NCBI RefSeq assembly: GCF_001194135.2
Contig: NC_068998.1
Location: 315,471-372,627 of the forward strand
DNA length: 57,157 bases
Direction of reading: 5' to 3'
Source of the DNA: Octopus bimaculoides
Lineage: Eukaryota
The notes under the pieces are model-generated. The model worked only from the letters and a program-made list of their open reading frames with translations, had not been told where the DNA came from and did no database searches. Both the position numbers and the translations under genes were made by a program. The stretch's first letter is position 1. Every line of letters starts with the position of its first letter. This document shows positions 1-13,523 of the stretch, in pieces.

Positions 1-21
1 TATATATATATATATATTTAC

Positions 22-70
<49 letters not shown>

Positions 71-989
71 GACACACACATGTAGATAGATGCATGCATT
101 TGTATATATATATATATATACATATTTTATTATTTGATTTGTTTCAGCCATGTAGCTATGGTCATGCTGGTGCACTATCATGATTTTGCACTTTTATGTA
201 TAATTCTTCACTGGCTGATATCTTCAGAGGGGCGCGGTTTCACATCACTACTCTTGTGTGTGTGTGTATACACACACAAACACATAGATGGGACAGTTTA
301 TCGTTGTCTTGGAATCTGCCATTCCATTTAAAAAAATTTGTTTGGCTTTACCTTTATTTCTTGCAATTCGATAATTAACTTTTAGCCATTCCTCAGATAA
401 ACGTCTCCATTCTAATGGTGTGTCTTCCAGATAAGCATCTGCATTTTTATGTGTGCATTTGTATTGTATGAATCAACTCTCTTTGTCAGTTGTTTACTTG
501 AAACAGAATAACTTTGGAGGAAACTTCATTTGTCCAAGCTATTTCTCTAGATTTTGGTTTGTTTCATTTAAATGGACAAAGAGATCTGTTCTGAAACTAA
601 ATTAGTGACTGAAATATTTCTTTAACAAAGATTCTTCAGTGGATTGACTCTGTCAATTATTTCATATTTGAACTGACCATCAAGGCATGGAAGATAGAAA
701 ATCTTACTGAAAGATTGAATAGAATCTAAGAAACATAGAAACTGGATTAGTTACTAATAAACTTGGTTTTATTTTCAGAAATATTAATTTCTCCTATTGA
801 TTCTGATGAGAATCCAATAAAATTCAAGAATCGATTAAGGTTGTTTATTATTTTCTCAGTCTATGGAGAAACAGCTAAGTTAGCTCTGTTTATAAAGGTA
901 CTTATATAGGTCACAAAGTTAAAAGTAAAGGTGGAGTGAGTTAAATTAATTCTAGTGTGTTATTGGTATTAATTACTGAATCCCTATAT

Positions 990-1120
990 ATGGCTGTATG
1001 GTGGCAAATTTATTTCATGATCATGTAGTTTGGGTTCCATCCCACTATATGGCACGTTGGGAAAGTATCTTCTTCTGTAACCTTAGTCTGATCAATGTCT
1101 TGTGAGTGAATTTGGTTGAA
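990..1120 (+). mobile_element. Degenerate tRNA-head SINE 5' part
   Basis: Shares tggctgt.tggt...cccact..atggcac.ttggg...gtcttct...cttgtgagtg.atttggt with copies at 13286, 27085 and 37528. Confidence 0.6.
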
Positions 1121-2436
1121 GGGTAGGTGAGAGAGGCCAGATCTGGTTACTTTGAACATAAAACTGGAAGAATAGGTGAGCTGGATAAAGCTGGTTTAAA
1201 TGCTAAAGAGCTAAAGAAAATACCTTTTCCCCAAAACTTATTATTCAATGGACCTTAAAAAACAAACCCCTTCTACTCTTTCTGACTCTAGAAAAGCCAT
1301 TTCTCATTTTACTCCGTTCATTCTGTCCTAATTAATTTACTCAGCCTGATACCTCTTACCTGGTTCATTCTATTTCAAAGATCAGACCTCACCCTTCCAG
1401 AATCCTGTAATTTCTCTGGCACTACCTTGTTCCAACCAATTCCCTGTGACAATTGCAATCATAGAACCTTCACCAATTTATCTTCTGCCCCTTAATCAGT
1501 TTTGTCTTATGACTTCTGCGTCAATCATTTCATTGACAAAAACAGAGATCAGTGGTTTTTTTTGCTTTTATTATATCTTTCCATGACTCACATGTGTACT
1601 ATTTCTTACATGTGAAAATGTCCACATGTATCCTTTCATTTCTGTCACTGGCAATGATCATCATCGTCATCACCATCATCTTTTGATGTTCATTTTTCAT
1701 GTTGGCGTGGGTTGGATGGTTTGAGAGGACTTAGTGTGTTCAAGAACAACTTCATACTTCAGGGTCAGATTATGTAAGCAAAAATTACCAAATTGTAACA
1801 GAAAAGACTAAAGTTAATGGTCCAGGAAAATATCAACTTTGAAAGATATTTAGAAAATCTCTGAGGCCCCCATAAAATAGCTGAGAGGCCAAGTTGAAGG
1901 TAGCAGCCCACTTCAAGCTGACTCTTCAACTAAAAGAAAAGAAACAATTTTTTCATATATTTTTTTGAAATTCTTTTTCATATTTTCTTCATTTCTAAAA
2001 TTTCTCTGAGCTTCATTGACTTTTGAAAATTGCCATTTAGCAATTGCTGATTGTTTGATGCCAATGTGCCAAGTTGTTAATGATTCTTCACTGCTATTCC
2101 ATTAATATATTATAGTTTCGACATTACAAAAGATCATTATGGTATTTGTCAAAAGTAATCTTTCAATGCATTTGGTTCTGGGATTCCATTTTTTGGTAAA
2201 TGTCATAGTGTAACAGAATATTTCTACAAATGCTCCATCAAATGCTGAGATATTAATATTTGATAATCATTTATTGTTTGAACACAATCAAATACTTATT
2301 TTATTGCACTTTTTTCATTTTTATATTTATAATGAGCATTCAAAGTTAGGAATGATTCTGATCAATAAAATGGACAAATTCTAAACATTTACTTTTATTA
2401 CTTTGCCTTCGATTGACTGAACACACACATGCATGA

Positions 2437-2497
<61 letters not shown>

Positions 2498-2831
2498 NNN
2501 NNNNNNNNNNNNNNNNNNNNNNNNNNNNNNNNNNNNNNNNNNNNNNNNNNNNNNNNNNNNNNNNNNNNNNNNNNNNNNNNNNNNNNNNNNNNNNNNNNNN
2601 NNNNNNNNNNNNNNNNNNNNNNNNNNNNNNNNNNNNNNNNNNNNNNNNNNNNNNNNNNNNNNNNNNNNNNNNNNNNNNNNNNNNNNNNNNNNNNNNNNNN
2701 NNNNNNNNNNNNNNNNNNNNNNNNNNNNNNNNNNNNNNNNNNNNNNNNNNNNNNNNNNNNNNNNNNNNNNNNNNNNNNNNNNNNNNNNNNNNNNNNNNNN
2801 NNNNNNNNNNNNNNNNNNNNNNNNNNNNNNN

Positions 2832-2866
<35 letters not shown>

Positions 2867-2998
2867 ATGTATATAAAGCCAAAACAATGCAATTTATAAA
2901 AATCAAATAAGTTCTTGTTTTTACCTGGAATTTCAATATTTCAGGGTTACGACCACTTCCTCTGATAATTTTTAGAGAATACATATATATTTAGTATA

Positions 2999-3150
2999 TC
3001 ATCATCATTTAACATCTGTGTTCCATGCTGGCATGGGTTGGATGGTTTGACAGGATCCAATGTATCCAAGGATTGCATATACTCCAGTGTCTGTTGTTTT
3101 GGCATAGTTTCTACAGCTGGATGCCTGTCCTAATGCCCACCACTCCGCAG
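2999..3150 (-). mobile_element. RTE-clade LINE 3' end, degenerate
   Basis: (cat)n-ttaac..ccatgctggcatgggttgga...tttctacagctggatgcc is the reverse complement of the RTE tail at 7700-7865. Confidence 0.75.
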
Positions 3151-3489
3151 CATGGTTTTGGTACTTTGCCACGAGCACTATTGATGTCACCATTGCAGCT
3201 TGTAGAACTGCAAACCCTGGAGCCGAGAAAGTCAACTTCATGCTAGTGGACAAAGGATTGAACTATGAGAAGTGTGGTGGGGGTGCAGTACAGGTTGTTT
3301 TAGAGGATCTGCATTGAGGTTACTCACATCTGGTAAGGGAAGGAGGAAGAGAAAGAGAAAAATGAAGAGATGAAGCAGCAGCAACAGATGAATAATGGCA
3401 TTGAAGGGCCTGGGTGGATCCACAATTAACAAGATGAGTTAATGAATTTGTTTGAAAGATTGTAATGCAACTTTGTGCTGTGTTTGAGT

Positions 3490-3695
3490 GTCTATTCTTG
3501 GCACCACAGTCATTTCTGTATCTGTATTCCTTCTGTGCCAAAGTAGCTTATTCTGTGTAATAACGGATTCCTCTTTCTCCTTACATACTCTATACTTTGC
3601 ACTTTCTATAGTTTTTTCTGTTTTTGTTTCAGTGACTTTTCTGTGCAAAATGACTGGTTTTCAGCAGCCATTTTGAGTCCTGTTTCTTTCTTATG
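3490..3695 (-). mobile_element. R4/Dong-type LINE remnant, CCHC knuckle region
   Basis: Minus-strand frames give KKETGLKMAAENQS, KTIESAKYRVCKEKEESV and AQKEYRYRNDCGAK. These resemble the R4-clade KKETExLIMAAQxQ..CRxCxxxxET..LAQxEYKxRHDxVAK pattern; frameshifted. Confidence 0.65.
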
Positions 3696-3789
3696 CTTTC
3701 TATTCTTCGGATTGTTCTCATCCTTTTGTCATGCAGCATAAATGGAAAATGCGCAAGAGAATTTAAGCATCTGTCAAGTCACAACAAGG

Positions 3790-4170
3790 ACCTTAGACAG
3801 ATAAATACTTTCCCTAAAATCTTCCCAGTACATAACAAGACTGATTTTTGCATGACACCAATCTTGCATAGTATTCCCAACCACTTTAAGAGTCTTGAAG
3901 TTTCAGTGGCATTGACCCAACTGCCTCACTCCCAACCCGTGTCTCTTTTGCCCTCTCACATTCTAAATAGTCTTCCTGTCTCCACTTTCAATTCTTGGTG
4001 ATTTTTTTAAAACCTCTTTACTCTCAGTATTCAACTGTTTTTTTCGTATGGTCACATTCAATGACCTGGCAATATTCGTCTTTTGTTATTCTATACATCC
4101 ATGTCCAGTTGGCAATGCTCAATTACTCTATCAGTCTGATAAATCGTTATCGCAGAATATTGTTCCTTTT
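3790..4170 (-). mobile_element. R4/Dong-type LINE remnant, restriction-like endonuclease domain and ORF C-terminus
   Basis: Minus-strand frames give QTDRVIEHCQLDM, HQELKVETGRLFRM, AVGSMPLKL and LKWLGILCKIGVMQKSVLLCTGKILGKVF, matching the typical QKSVLLGTAxILRKVL end; stops and frameshifts present. Confidence 0.7.
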
Positions 4171-5049
4171 GCCCATCTTTCTACATCACTTTACTAGGCA
4201 AAGGTTCATACCAATTCTCCTTTGCATTGGTATTTACTACATAAAAACTAATGAAGGTACAAACAGACTTTATTATTATTATTGTTGTTGTTGGCTTTAA
4301 ATATGATTGCTTATAATTATTGATTAAGTGATTAATAAATGGTCAATATGTATTATCTGTCAGAACTTACTTTGATTGACTACAAAGTTTTTCAGGAAAT
4401 AATTTCTTTTGCATTAACTAATTACTTTATTGCTAAGTAATTAGTTCCTTCTCCCCACTTGAAATGAAATCAATTATTAAAAACATTTCTAATAACGAGT
4501 TCTTTCAAGAAAGACACCAACAAAAACAGTTTTTTCTGCAGCAGCAGATTGTATTATTTCCTCACCTTAATCTTTAGGTCAGTTATTTTCAGTGCCATTT
4601 ATGGCTAATGAAACAATATATTTGTTCACTCGTTTGTTTAACATCTGTTATTCTATGCTAGTATGAGTTAGAGAGTTATTTAAGGCTGGATTTTATGGAA
4701 AAATGTTTTCTCTATCGCCAACCCTTATTTGTTTCTCAAGTAAGAGATGTTTTGTCACAGAAGTTTTCTAAAACATAAATAAAATGACATGTAAGGCATA
4801 TATTAAACACACACACACACACATTAAATGTATAGATATATTAGATACACACATAAACACATACGAAACACACACATACATTTTCAACACATATACATAC
4901 TGGAGCATATAAATATTCTACACTGGCTTATCACCAGCCATACATATCGAGCATAAATTATTAATAAATTATCATAAATTATTACATGCATATTAAACAT
5001 TCAAACTAGTTTCAAATTTTGGCAGAAGCCAGTAATTTTTGGGGAAGGG

Positions 5050-5200
5050 CATAAGTCAGTTTCATCCATCCTAGCGCTCAACTGGTTCTTCTTATCAGAC
5101 CTGGAAGAATGAAAGACAAAATTAGAGCTCAGCAGAATTTGAGCTCAGAACATAAAGACAAAAAGCATTTTGCCCAGCATGTTAACCGTTCTGCCTGCTT
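5050..5200 (-). mobile_element. SINE fragment, second tRNA-head family
   Basis: gaatttgagctcagaac...aagcattttgcccagcatgttaaccgttctgcc resembles segments near 31985-32160 and 45400-45535. Confidence 0.5.
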
Positions 5201-5859
5201 ACTGCCCTTTATCAAAGAGTCATATGAAACACGCATGCATATTAAACATACATAAGAAAAATACACATACAGACATGTTCAGCACAGAAACAAATTCCAC
5301 ATACATGCTGACATCTTTAGAATTTATTCTTTGGAGTAAGAGAAACTCCATTAAGTTTAATCAGTTGTTGCCTCTCAACAACGACAACAACAACAACAAC
5401 AACAACAATATGGTTCTTATTTTTTCAAAAATAACCTCCTTTCTTCTGTTACCATAGAGAATTTCTTTGACCAGGTCTAGTTAATGCTCATTTATTGCAA
5501 ACATTCGAATTAATTTTTGTTTGAAATTTTATTTGAATAGTTTTCCAGAGCAAAACTGCCAACTCTTGCAGCTTTGCCGGAACTTTCTATCAATGACTTC
5601 AAAGAAGTCATTGCAAATAATTCTCTCTGACAGTCATGTCACCGTTTTACCATTTTAAGGTTTACTTAAACATCTCTACTTTCAATTTATTCATTCATTT
5701 AAGTATTTATTTATACTACTACTACTACTACTACTACTACTTGTAGTTTTGTGTAGTTTTCTACAAGTATTTTTAGCATGATGCATCTCACAGCAATCAA
5801 TACACACACACACACACACATCACAGCTCTCCCACATTCTTCTGCTATGATTTTAATAG

Positions 5860-5860
5860 G

Positions 5861-5907
<47 letters not shown>
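5860..5907. repeat. (GTT)n microsatellite, one example of dozens of CA/TG, TA, CAT, TAA, CAA, CTA and GGT tracts
   Basis: About 16 pure units read directly. Confidence 0.95.
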
Positions 5908-5908
<1 letters not shown>

Positions 5909-6552
5909 TAATACAAAGATAGATTTGTGTGAGTTTTTATTTTCTCATTTTAAAGTCAACTTACTTTTTTCACCTATCATTTAAAACATAATGTATACAC
6001 ACACACACACACACGCACACACACACACACATCCCTGTTTTATTTCTTTTGTAAATAAAAGCTTTGTTGATTATGGGTGTCCAATGGGCCAATCTCTCTC
6101 TCTCTCCATCTTTCTCCTTTTTCTTTCCCTCTTTCTCCCTCTCTCTTTCACACACACACACATGCAACATTCCAACATAAACATAGACACACAACTGCAT
6201 ATGTACATCTGTGTGTTCATTCATTCCTTTGTTAGATATAGTTCACAACTTTTCTATGGCTATATATGTGTGTTTATGTGTGTTTGTGTTTTTTTTTTGT
6301 GTATGATGTTTAATTTGTTTTGTTTCCTTTCTATTTCGACAATTCTTATTAAATATATGGAAATGGTTTTGCTTAAAACGCTAAAAAAATGGCTTTTCCT
6401 CTTATTTTTCTCCACTTAACTGATTTATTGGGAGAAATGATGAGAGAAGAATTGTATCTTTAATCATTGGTATGGAATTGAAAGACTTTCCCATGCTATA
6501 TTTGTTCTGAGAACTTTTATAGAACTAATGGTTTTTCAAGGTCTTCTACATG

Positions 6553-6610
<58 letters not shown>

Positions 6611-6653
6611 GTATGTCTATTGTGTGTGAGTATGTATATAATGTATGTATATA

Positions 6654-6688
<35 letters not shown>

Positions 6689-7031
6689 ACTATGATTGCA
6701 AGTGATCTGTCTTGGTAACAAACTTCATTGGCTTCTTTCATTTTATATTCACTTTACACCTTTCTTCGTGCAGGTAGCAAGTTCTCCTCGTTAAGTCTTT
6801 TAGAAATATTGTCAACCTTATAGAATTCAGTTTTATATTCCTGCTGGAATCGTTTCTATGCAGTTGTTAAGAGGGAGATGAAACGAAAAGGAAAATAGGA
6901 AAGATATTACATTCATCCTGAACACAAATGAACTCTTGTAGAATCTTCAACGTTTACAGACAGACATTTTATATCGTATATGAGTGGGTACACATATGTA
7001 TACATATATGGATATGTATTTATAAACATAT

Positions 7032-7067
<36 letters not shown>

Positions 7068-7092
7068 GATATGTGTTACATATGAATATGTA

Positions 7093-7865
7093 TGGGCTGT
7101 GACTGCTGAGGACATGCGTAAGCTCGCAAGGAATGAAGCCAGTATGCTCCGCTGGATGTGTAATGTCAGTGTGCATACCCGTCAGAATGTAAGTATCTTG
7201 AGAGAAAAGCTGAACATAAGAAGCATTAGTTGTGGTGTGCAAGAGAGATGATTGCGCTGGTATGGACATGTGGTGAGGATGGATGAGGATAGCTGCGTGA
7301 AAAGGTTCCACACCCTAACAGTTGAGGGAACCCGTGGAAGAGGAAGACCTGGGCTGAGNNNNNNNNNNNNNNNNNNNNNNNNNNNNNNNNNNNNNNNNNN
7401 NNNNNNNNNNNNNNNNNNNNNNNNNNNNNNNNNNNNNNNNNNNNNNNNNNNNNNNNNNNNNNNNNNNNNNNNNNNNNNNNNNNNNNNNNNNNNNNNNNNN
7501 NNNNNNNNNNNNNNNNNNNNNNNNNNNNNNNNNNNNNNGAGCGTGACCGTTGCCAGTACCGCCTGACTGGCCTTGTAGGGTTTTTGAGCGAGATCGTTGC
7601 CAGTGCCCCTGGACTGGCTCTTGTGCGGGTGGCACATAAAAGACACCATTTCGAGCGTGGCCGTTTTCGTGTGGGTGACACGTAAAAGCACCCACTACAC
7701 TCTCTGAGTGGTTGGCGTTAGGAAGGGCATCCAGCTGTAGAAACTCTGCCAAATTAGATTGGAGCCTGGTGTTGCCATCCGGTTTCACCAGTCCTCAGTC
7801 AAATCGTCCAACCCATGCTAGCATGGAAAGCGGACGTTAAACGATGATGATGATGATGATGATGA
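7093..7865 (+). mobile_element. 5'-truncated RTE-clade LINE: ORF C-terminus, 3' UTR and (GAT)n tail; gap inside
   Basis: Reads WAVTAEDMRKLARNEASMLRWMCNVSVH...VQER*LRWYGHVVRMDEDSCVK...GTRGRGRP, with the RTE RLRWxGHVxRM and GxRxRGRP motifs and a CGA>TGA stop. Ends gttaaac(gat)n. Confidence 0.9.
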
Positions 7866-7905
7866 AACATATATGTATTTTAACTAAAGAAGAAGTTCCA
7901 GGTAT

Positions 7906-8175
7906 GGAACCAACATCCAGAATTGAAGGGCCTTAGAGTTGAGCAGTAATCTAGCAAAAACCAAAGTCTTAGTAAGTTGGAAAGCAGACAAATCACAAAT
8001 CCCTTCAGGTAGATGGCCCTGTTTGATCTGTAGAAAAGGCATAGGTAGATTTACTTGGTGTAAGCTATGGACACATAAGAGGGGCAGCAATATCAGAGGA
8101 AGGTTAACAGGGAAAATAGCTTTTGTGTGTGGAAGATGCACAGGTACAATAAACCCCGAAAATATACAGAAAATA
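7906..8175 (+). mobile_element. Internal RTE LINE fragment with Cys-rich finger
   Basis: Reads NLAKTKVLVS..SGRWPCLICRKGIGR..WCKLWTHKRGSNIRGRLTGKIAFVCGRC; homologous to 48890-48985 on the minus strand. Confidence 0.75.
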
Positions 8176-11100
8176 ACACAGAAAGGTGATGTGCTATCAC
8201 AGATAACTGGTATGTTTACATAGCCAGAACATCAACATAATAACTAGCCTGTTAAAACAGATAATTAGTATTTTAATACACCTAATTGGTGTGTTAACAC
8301 AGATAACTGGTATGTTAATACAGCCAACAAATCAACACAGCTTGCATGTTAACATGTAAGCATGGATAGTCCACATGTTAAGTAAAAGCATCCTGCATTA
8401 ACATGGAGAGCTATTAATGGTGAGATTGCAAAACAAACTTTAATGAGCCAACAATTTGTAATTAATACATATCCGTTAACAGCACTAATAAATGTTCTGT
8501 TAAATATATCAGTCTTTAATCTCCGTCTTTAACCTTACATAGATATTTGCTCAGCTTCACCTCTTAAGATCCCCCCCCCCCTACCATCTACTTTATATTA
8601 TAAACTCAAAAAGTAATCCTTCTATAAACATTAGATTAACTTAATCCCAAAGTTTCACAAGGTCAGTTTTTGTTATCTTCTTTATTGTTTGTTGCTGTAC
8701 AATGAAAAACCTCCGCAGTATGTCATATTTGTCTCCACCTCTCCCCTCTCCCCCCCCCCGGTTTACTCTAGTTCATTCATACATACATATCTGACATGTA
8801 TTCCAGACAATGATGTGTTGCTTGGTCTACTTCCACATAACTCTGTGGTGTGTGTGTGTGTGTGTTGTTTGGTCTACTTTGATATAAGTTTGTACGGAGC
8901 AGCTAACTGGATTGGTTGAAGGGAACATTACATCACATTGTGTGTAATGTTCACTTATGTTTATTCATAAATGCTCTAAACATCAGTGAGAACCCCAAGT
9001 ACGAGTGAGTCTTGAATTAAGTCTAGCTATATTTGTTCTGTGCCAAGTTTCAGATACTCCCTTCTTCCTTTTGCCATCATAAATGTAATGAAACAATAAT
9101 TAGTGCATTGGAATCCTATATCTAACCTCTCCTTATTTCAATATCAACAACTGTCCATCTCTTTGATTCTGTATCTCATAAAATGGTGCCCTTTGGTTTC
9201 AATAATTGAATTCTTTTTCTATCCCTGACACTTTTACAGTGCTCTGTCTTCATTTTCACTTAGCACCAGTACAAGACATGATTACAAGCATACATCAAGA
9301 CAGTAGCTACTTAGATTGGTCTCCATAACTTCTGCCTCTCCACCCACCACCTCCACCACCCCCACCACCTCCCTATTGCTGAAAATTCTTTAATTGTAGA
9401 ATGTAGCTCTGCATATCTCTAATTGATATTGATGTGTACAACATTCAATGATCACGTCTTTAATTTATTCAAACTCATATTGTTGGCCTCTGTCAACTTG
9501 TTTTACTTTTTAATTATGTAAATTGAATTGATAAATAATTATACATTGCAAAAATTTCTGTCAGCTGATAATGTAGGCTTGATTATATTTTGCTGATGAG
9601 GTACAACATGCTAAAACACACCTGTAGTTGTCTCCCTTGTTAGTACACTGAGTTCACCTGTCCTTCCTGTAATTACGTATATCTTTGAGAGATTAATTAA
9701 TATCTTGGAATTATTTCTCCCATATTTAGAAGTTGCTAATAATTATCACTAGGTTTATTTTCTTTAATTAAAAGGGTTATTTAAATTAAGAATTGTTTGC
9801 ATGTCTTGTAATAAATATGGTGTGACCCTAATTAGACCATTGGTATGACCTTAATTAGACCGTTGGTCACAGGAAATGGTTCCACAGTAACTCATGACAC
9901 ATTTGTCCACAGTGTTACATAGCTTACTCCATACGTTACATCTGTTTGACATCTGTCATCTGTCTCTTCTAGTAAAAAACTGGTCAACAACAGCTGTGAA
10001 CCAGTTGTCAACCAGTTTTACTCAAACAGACCAGAAATTGCAACAGTCAACAAATACAAATGAATTTAGTTTAAAGATTATATTCGTTATTACATTAATC
10101 TGATAGAATCAATGGGTGACTGTATGCTATTCTTTGCCACATAGTGATGAGGAAATATTGCTCATATTAGCTCATCTGTTAATGACGATATTAATTGTTA
10201 TCAGTAATTCGTTAATGGAATTCTCTACAGGTAAAGGAATTGTTTAAAACTTCTAATTATTATAACAGAAGACAATGAAACTAACTGAAAAACTTCCTCA
10301 ACTTTAATTAATTTTTTTTTTTTATGTTTGTTGACTTGAAAAATAAATAAAACAAATTCTCATTAGTCAAAACAAGCAAGTTACAGTTGGTTTTGAAATT
10401 AATTGACTGCCTTTTCGAATTTGTGTGTGTGTGTGTGTGCGTGCGTGTTTGGTTTTGCATCATTGCCCCTCCCCCTCCCTCCTTGGAAGTTATTTATGCA
10501 CTTTGATCTGTGAGAGTCTATTGTGTATCTTTGAAGAAAATTGCAACATATTTTATGCATTAACTTGTTACATTTGAATATTTGAATGTCTAATATTTTA
10601 TTTTCTAAATTATACATAAATTCAGTCTAAATTTTCTGTTTGAAAAAAATAACATTTTCAACCATCAACTTCCATCATTCTTTATTCTCGTTAACTGCCA
10701 TCATTCTTTATTCTCTGTCAACACTTTTGGTGTTTGTGCTTCCAAGTCTCAAACTTGTCAAGCAATTTTTCTTCAATAAAATAAATTATTCATTTCTAAT
10801 TTATTAATAGCAGCTATTTCTGAATGTAGATTATTATTTATTATTGTTGTTATTATTACTTTGACGTGATATCAATATTTCCCATGATCAATTGTAGAAG
10901 GTAATGTTGTTGAGTAGATTAAAATATGTAATAAAGTACCAGCACCACCAGACGAGATTAGTAGCTGCATTATTTGTAGAAGTCAGAGCAGCAAAAACAC
11001 TTTTATTTAAAGAAACCATTCTATTGATCAAGAGAAAAATCTGTTTTTGTTAGCTCTTACATTTTTACATGTCTATTGATACATGGTGGTGGTGGTGGTT

Positions 11101-12193
11101 GCTACAGTGGTGGGATGTTTCTTTAAATAGTCTCAATTTAGTGAACAGACTAAATTCCACTCCACAACTCATTGTACTGAATGAATTTCAATCTGATACC
11201 CAAGCATTTTCTTTCTTTCTTTCTTTTTTTTAATTTGACACCTTACCATTTTATATCTCGTTATTTATATCTTCTTCTCATTGATTTTGTTTGATTAGTT
11301 TTGTTGGAAACGAGTTTTGGTTATTTTTGTTGTTTAGTTTCAGTGGAATAAAGTAAACAGTAAATCCTTGAAAGTCACACGACATGAAGTATCTTGATAT
11401 TATTAATGATTTTGCTCTCTCACCTTTGACACCAATATATCATCACAAAAGTGAGAAGTTCTTTAGAAACAAAATCTCTTGGATGAAGATTACTTGGCAT
11501 CAACTAAGAGTGCTGTGTATTTCCTGTATTATAATCTACACATTAAAGACATTGTCCCACTTCAGTGGTTTATGTTTGACTTTCATCTTCTATGTTGTCA
11601 CACTCCAATGGTTTTGAATGCCATTTGACACTCACCTTGCATATTGTCATACTCCACTGGTTTAAAATTCAGTTTGACCTTCACCTTACATGTAATACAA
11701 TGACTGTTAGATACGTTGACATACTTCAAGAAACAAGATGCTGCAATGATGCAGCTGAGACAGACAGTAGTTGCTGGACATATCTGATGGGAAACTTGTT
11801 ATCAAAGTTTGTTTGGTAAAATGGAATTGTCGGTGTGATGAAGAAATTTGAAATGGGCTCCCATATTGAATGGTTAGGCAGTAATTCCCATGCATTGTGA
11901 ACTGGTACACTTGCATGCTGTTTGTGCCATGAAATACTGCTTGATGTACCATGAGATACATCTTGGTGCTACATGAAAATTATATCTAAAAAAATACATC
12001 TTACACCGCTGCTGACCTTTGACCGGCCCTTGTGTGTAGATGTATTTATGAACTTTATGTAACATCCTGATGAGGGGAGTGCCATGATGAATAGTGTGAA
12101 ATATGTCATGTTTCTTGGGACATTTCTGAAACGGCCCATGGATGTGATGTTTATGTGTTTTTTTCTTTCGTTGGTTTTAATATGTCTTTTTTT

Positions 12194-12555
12194 AACACCA
12201 TTTGAGCGCGATCGTTACCAGTGTCACCTTACTTGCACTTGTGCCGATGGCACATGTAAAAACATTCAAGCGAGGTCATTGCTAGTGCCACTGGACTGGC
12301 TCCTGTGCAGGTAGCACTTAAAAAACACCATTTGAGCGTGGCCGTTGCCAGTACTGTGTGATTGGCCCTCGTGCTTGTGGCACGTAAAAGCACCCACTAC
12401 ACTCTCGGAGTGGTTGGCATTAGGAAGGGCATCCAGCTGCAGAAACTCTGCCAAATCAGATTGGAGCCTGGTGCAGCCATCTGGTTCGCCAGTCCTCAGT
12501 CAAATCGTCCAACCCATGCCAGCATGGAAAGCAAACATTAAACAATGATGATGAT
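12194..12555 (+). mobile_element. RTE LINE 3' UTR fragment with (GAT)n tail
   Basis: Colinear with 7560-7865 (aaaagcacccactacactctc...cagtcctcagtcaaatcgtccaacccatgc). Confidence 0.85.
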
Positions 12556-13285
12556 CATGTCTCAAGACATTAAAACTCATGTTTCCCCCTTGATAGATAT
12601 GCTTCAACTATTGAATAGAAAAAAAAAAAGAACAATGGATATTTTAAGGTCATGACCTACAGCAGGGCTTAGCCTTTCAGACCCTCTGACAGTTTCTGTT
12701 CCCATTTTCCCTCATCCCCCTTTTCCCAATCCTTTTTGCCTTCAGGTTCTGTTACTTTTAACTTTTCATTCCTCCTTTGTTCCCTTCTTCCTCACTTAGA
12801 CACTCTCATTTGATTCCTTCACTCCTATCATCCCATCCAACCATGTCATGCCATTTCTCTTGCTTAAATCATTTATATTAAGAGGTTAAAATGTGTTGTT
12901 TTTGTAAAAATATATCTTTAAAAACGTTATGCTGAAAATATATGAAAATATAATTTTATTTGCTCAAAAGTCTGAAGTGAGTGAAAAAAAGTTTGCAAAG
13001 CAGAAAGTGAAGCTGATATTGTTAGTTTTAGATTTATTTCATCAGAATGACATCTTCATTATTTTTACATCTTCTAGATTGCCATTATTTAACTGGACAT
13101 ATATCATTGTCACAATAAGATATTTTGGTGAGATGTAATGTTAATCAGATATCTGTCTGATACTCAAGATAAACAAAAAAGATTATTTTACAGGAAAATA
13201 AGATATTACTCTAAACTTTTTTATAAAGTGCCACCACAAACTTTGGTCAAAACCATCTAAATTATCCATAAAACCATTGAAATAA

Positions 13286-13447
13286 GGCTTAGGTATAGCT
13301 GTGTGGTAAGAAGCTTGCTTCACAACGACATGGTTGTGGATTCAATCTCATTGCATGGCACCTTGGACTATTGTCTTCTACTATTGCCCTTGGCCAACTA
13401 AAGCCTTGTGAAAGGAAACTGGAAGGGGACCATTGTATATGTATATG
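13286..13447 (+). mobile_element. tRNA-head SINE 5' part
   Basis: gctgtgtggtaagaagcttgcttc...catggcaccttgg...gtcttctactat...aaagccttgtga; multi-copy in this window. Confidence 0.7.
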
Positions 13448-13523
13448 GGGAGAATTCACCAAAAAAACAAAACAAAAGATGAAGAGAGGTGGTGTAGACA
13501 ACACTATATATATATATATATAT

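Noticed and set aside
2346-2984. Long ORFs with poly-X, (CV)n, (HT)n and (YI)n, also at 13542-14220, 19271-20210, 33394-34083 and 52950-53819
   Set aside because: They are translations of N gaps and dinucleotide microsatellites.
10221-10236. ttctctacAG|GTAAAG as a recursive splice site in the long intron
   Set aside because: Short pyrimidine tract; such motifs are expected by chance in 38 kb of AT-rich DNA.
11820-12060. Possible DNA-transposase remnant (GVMKKFEMGSHIEWLG..CCLCHEILL)
   Set aside because: Only vague resemblance to hAT-like motifs; stops present and no termini found. Needs a profile search.
13286-13350. tRNA-like A/B-box sequences as tRNA genes
   Set aside because: They are degenerate SINE heads continuous with SINE bodies; no cloverleaf can be built.
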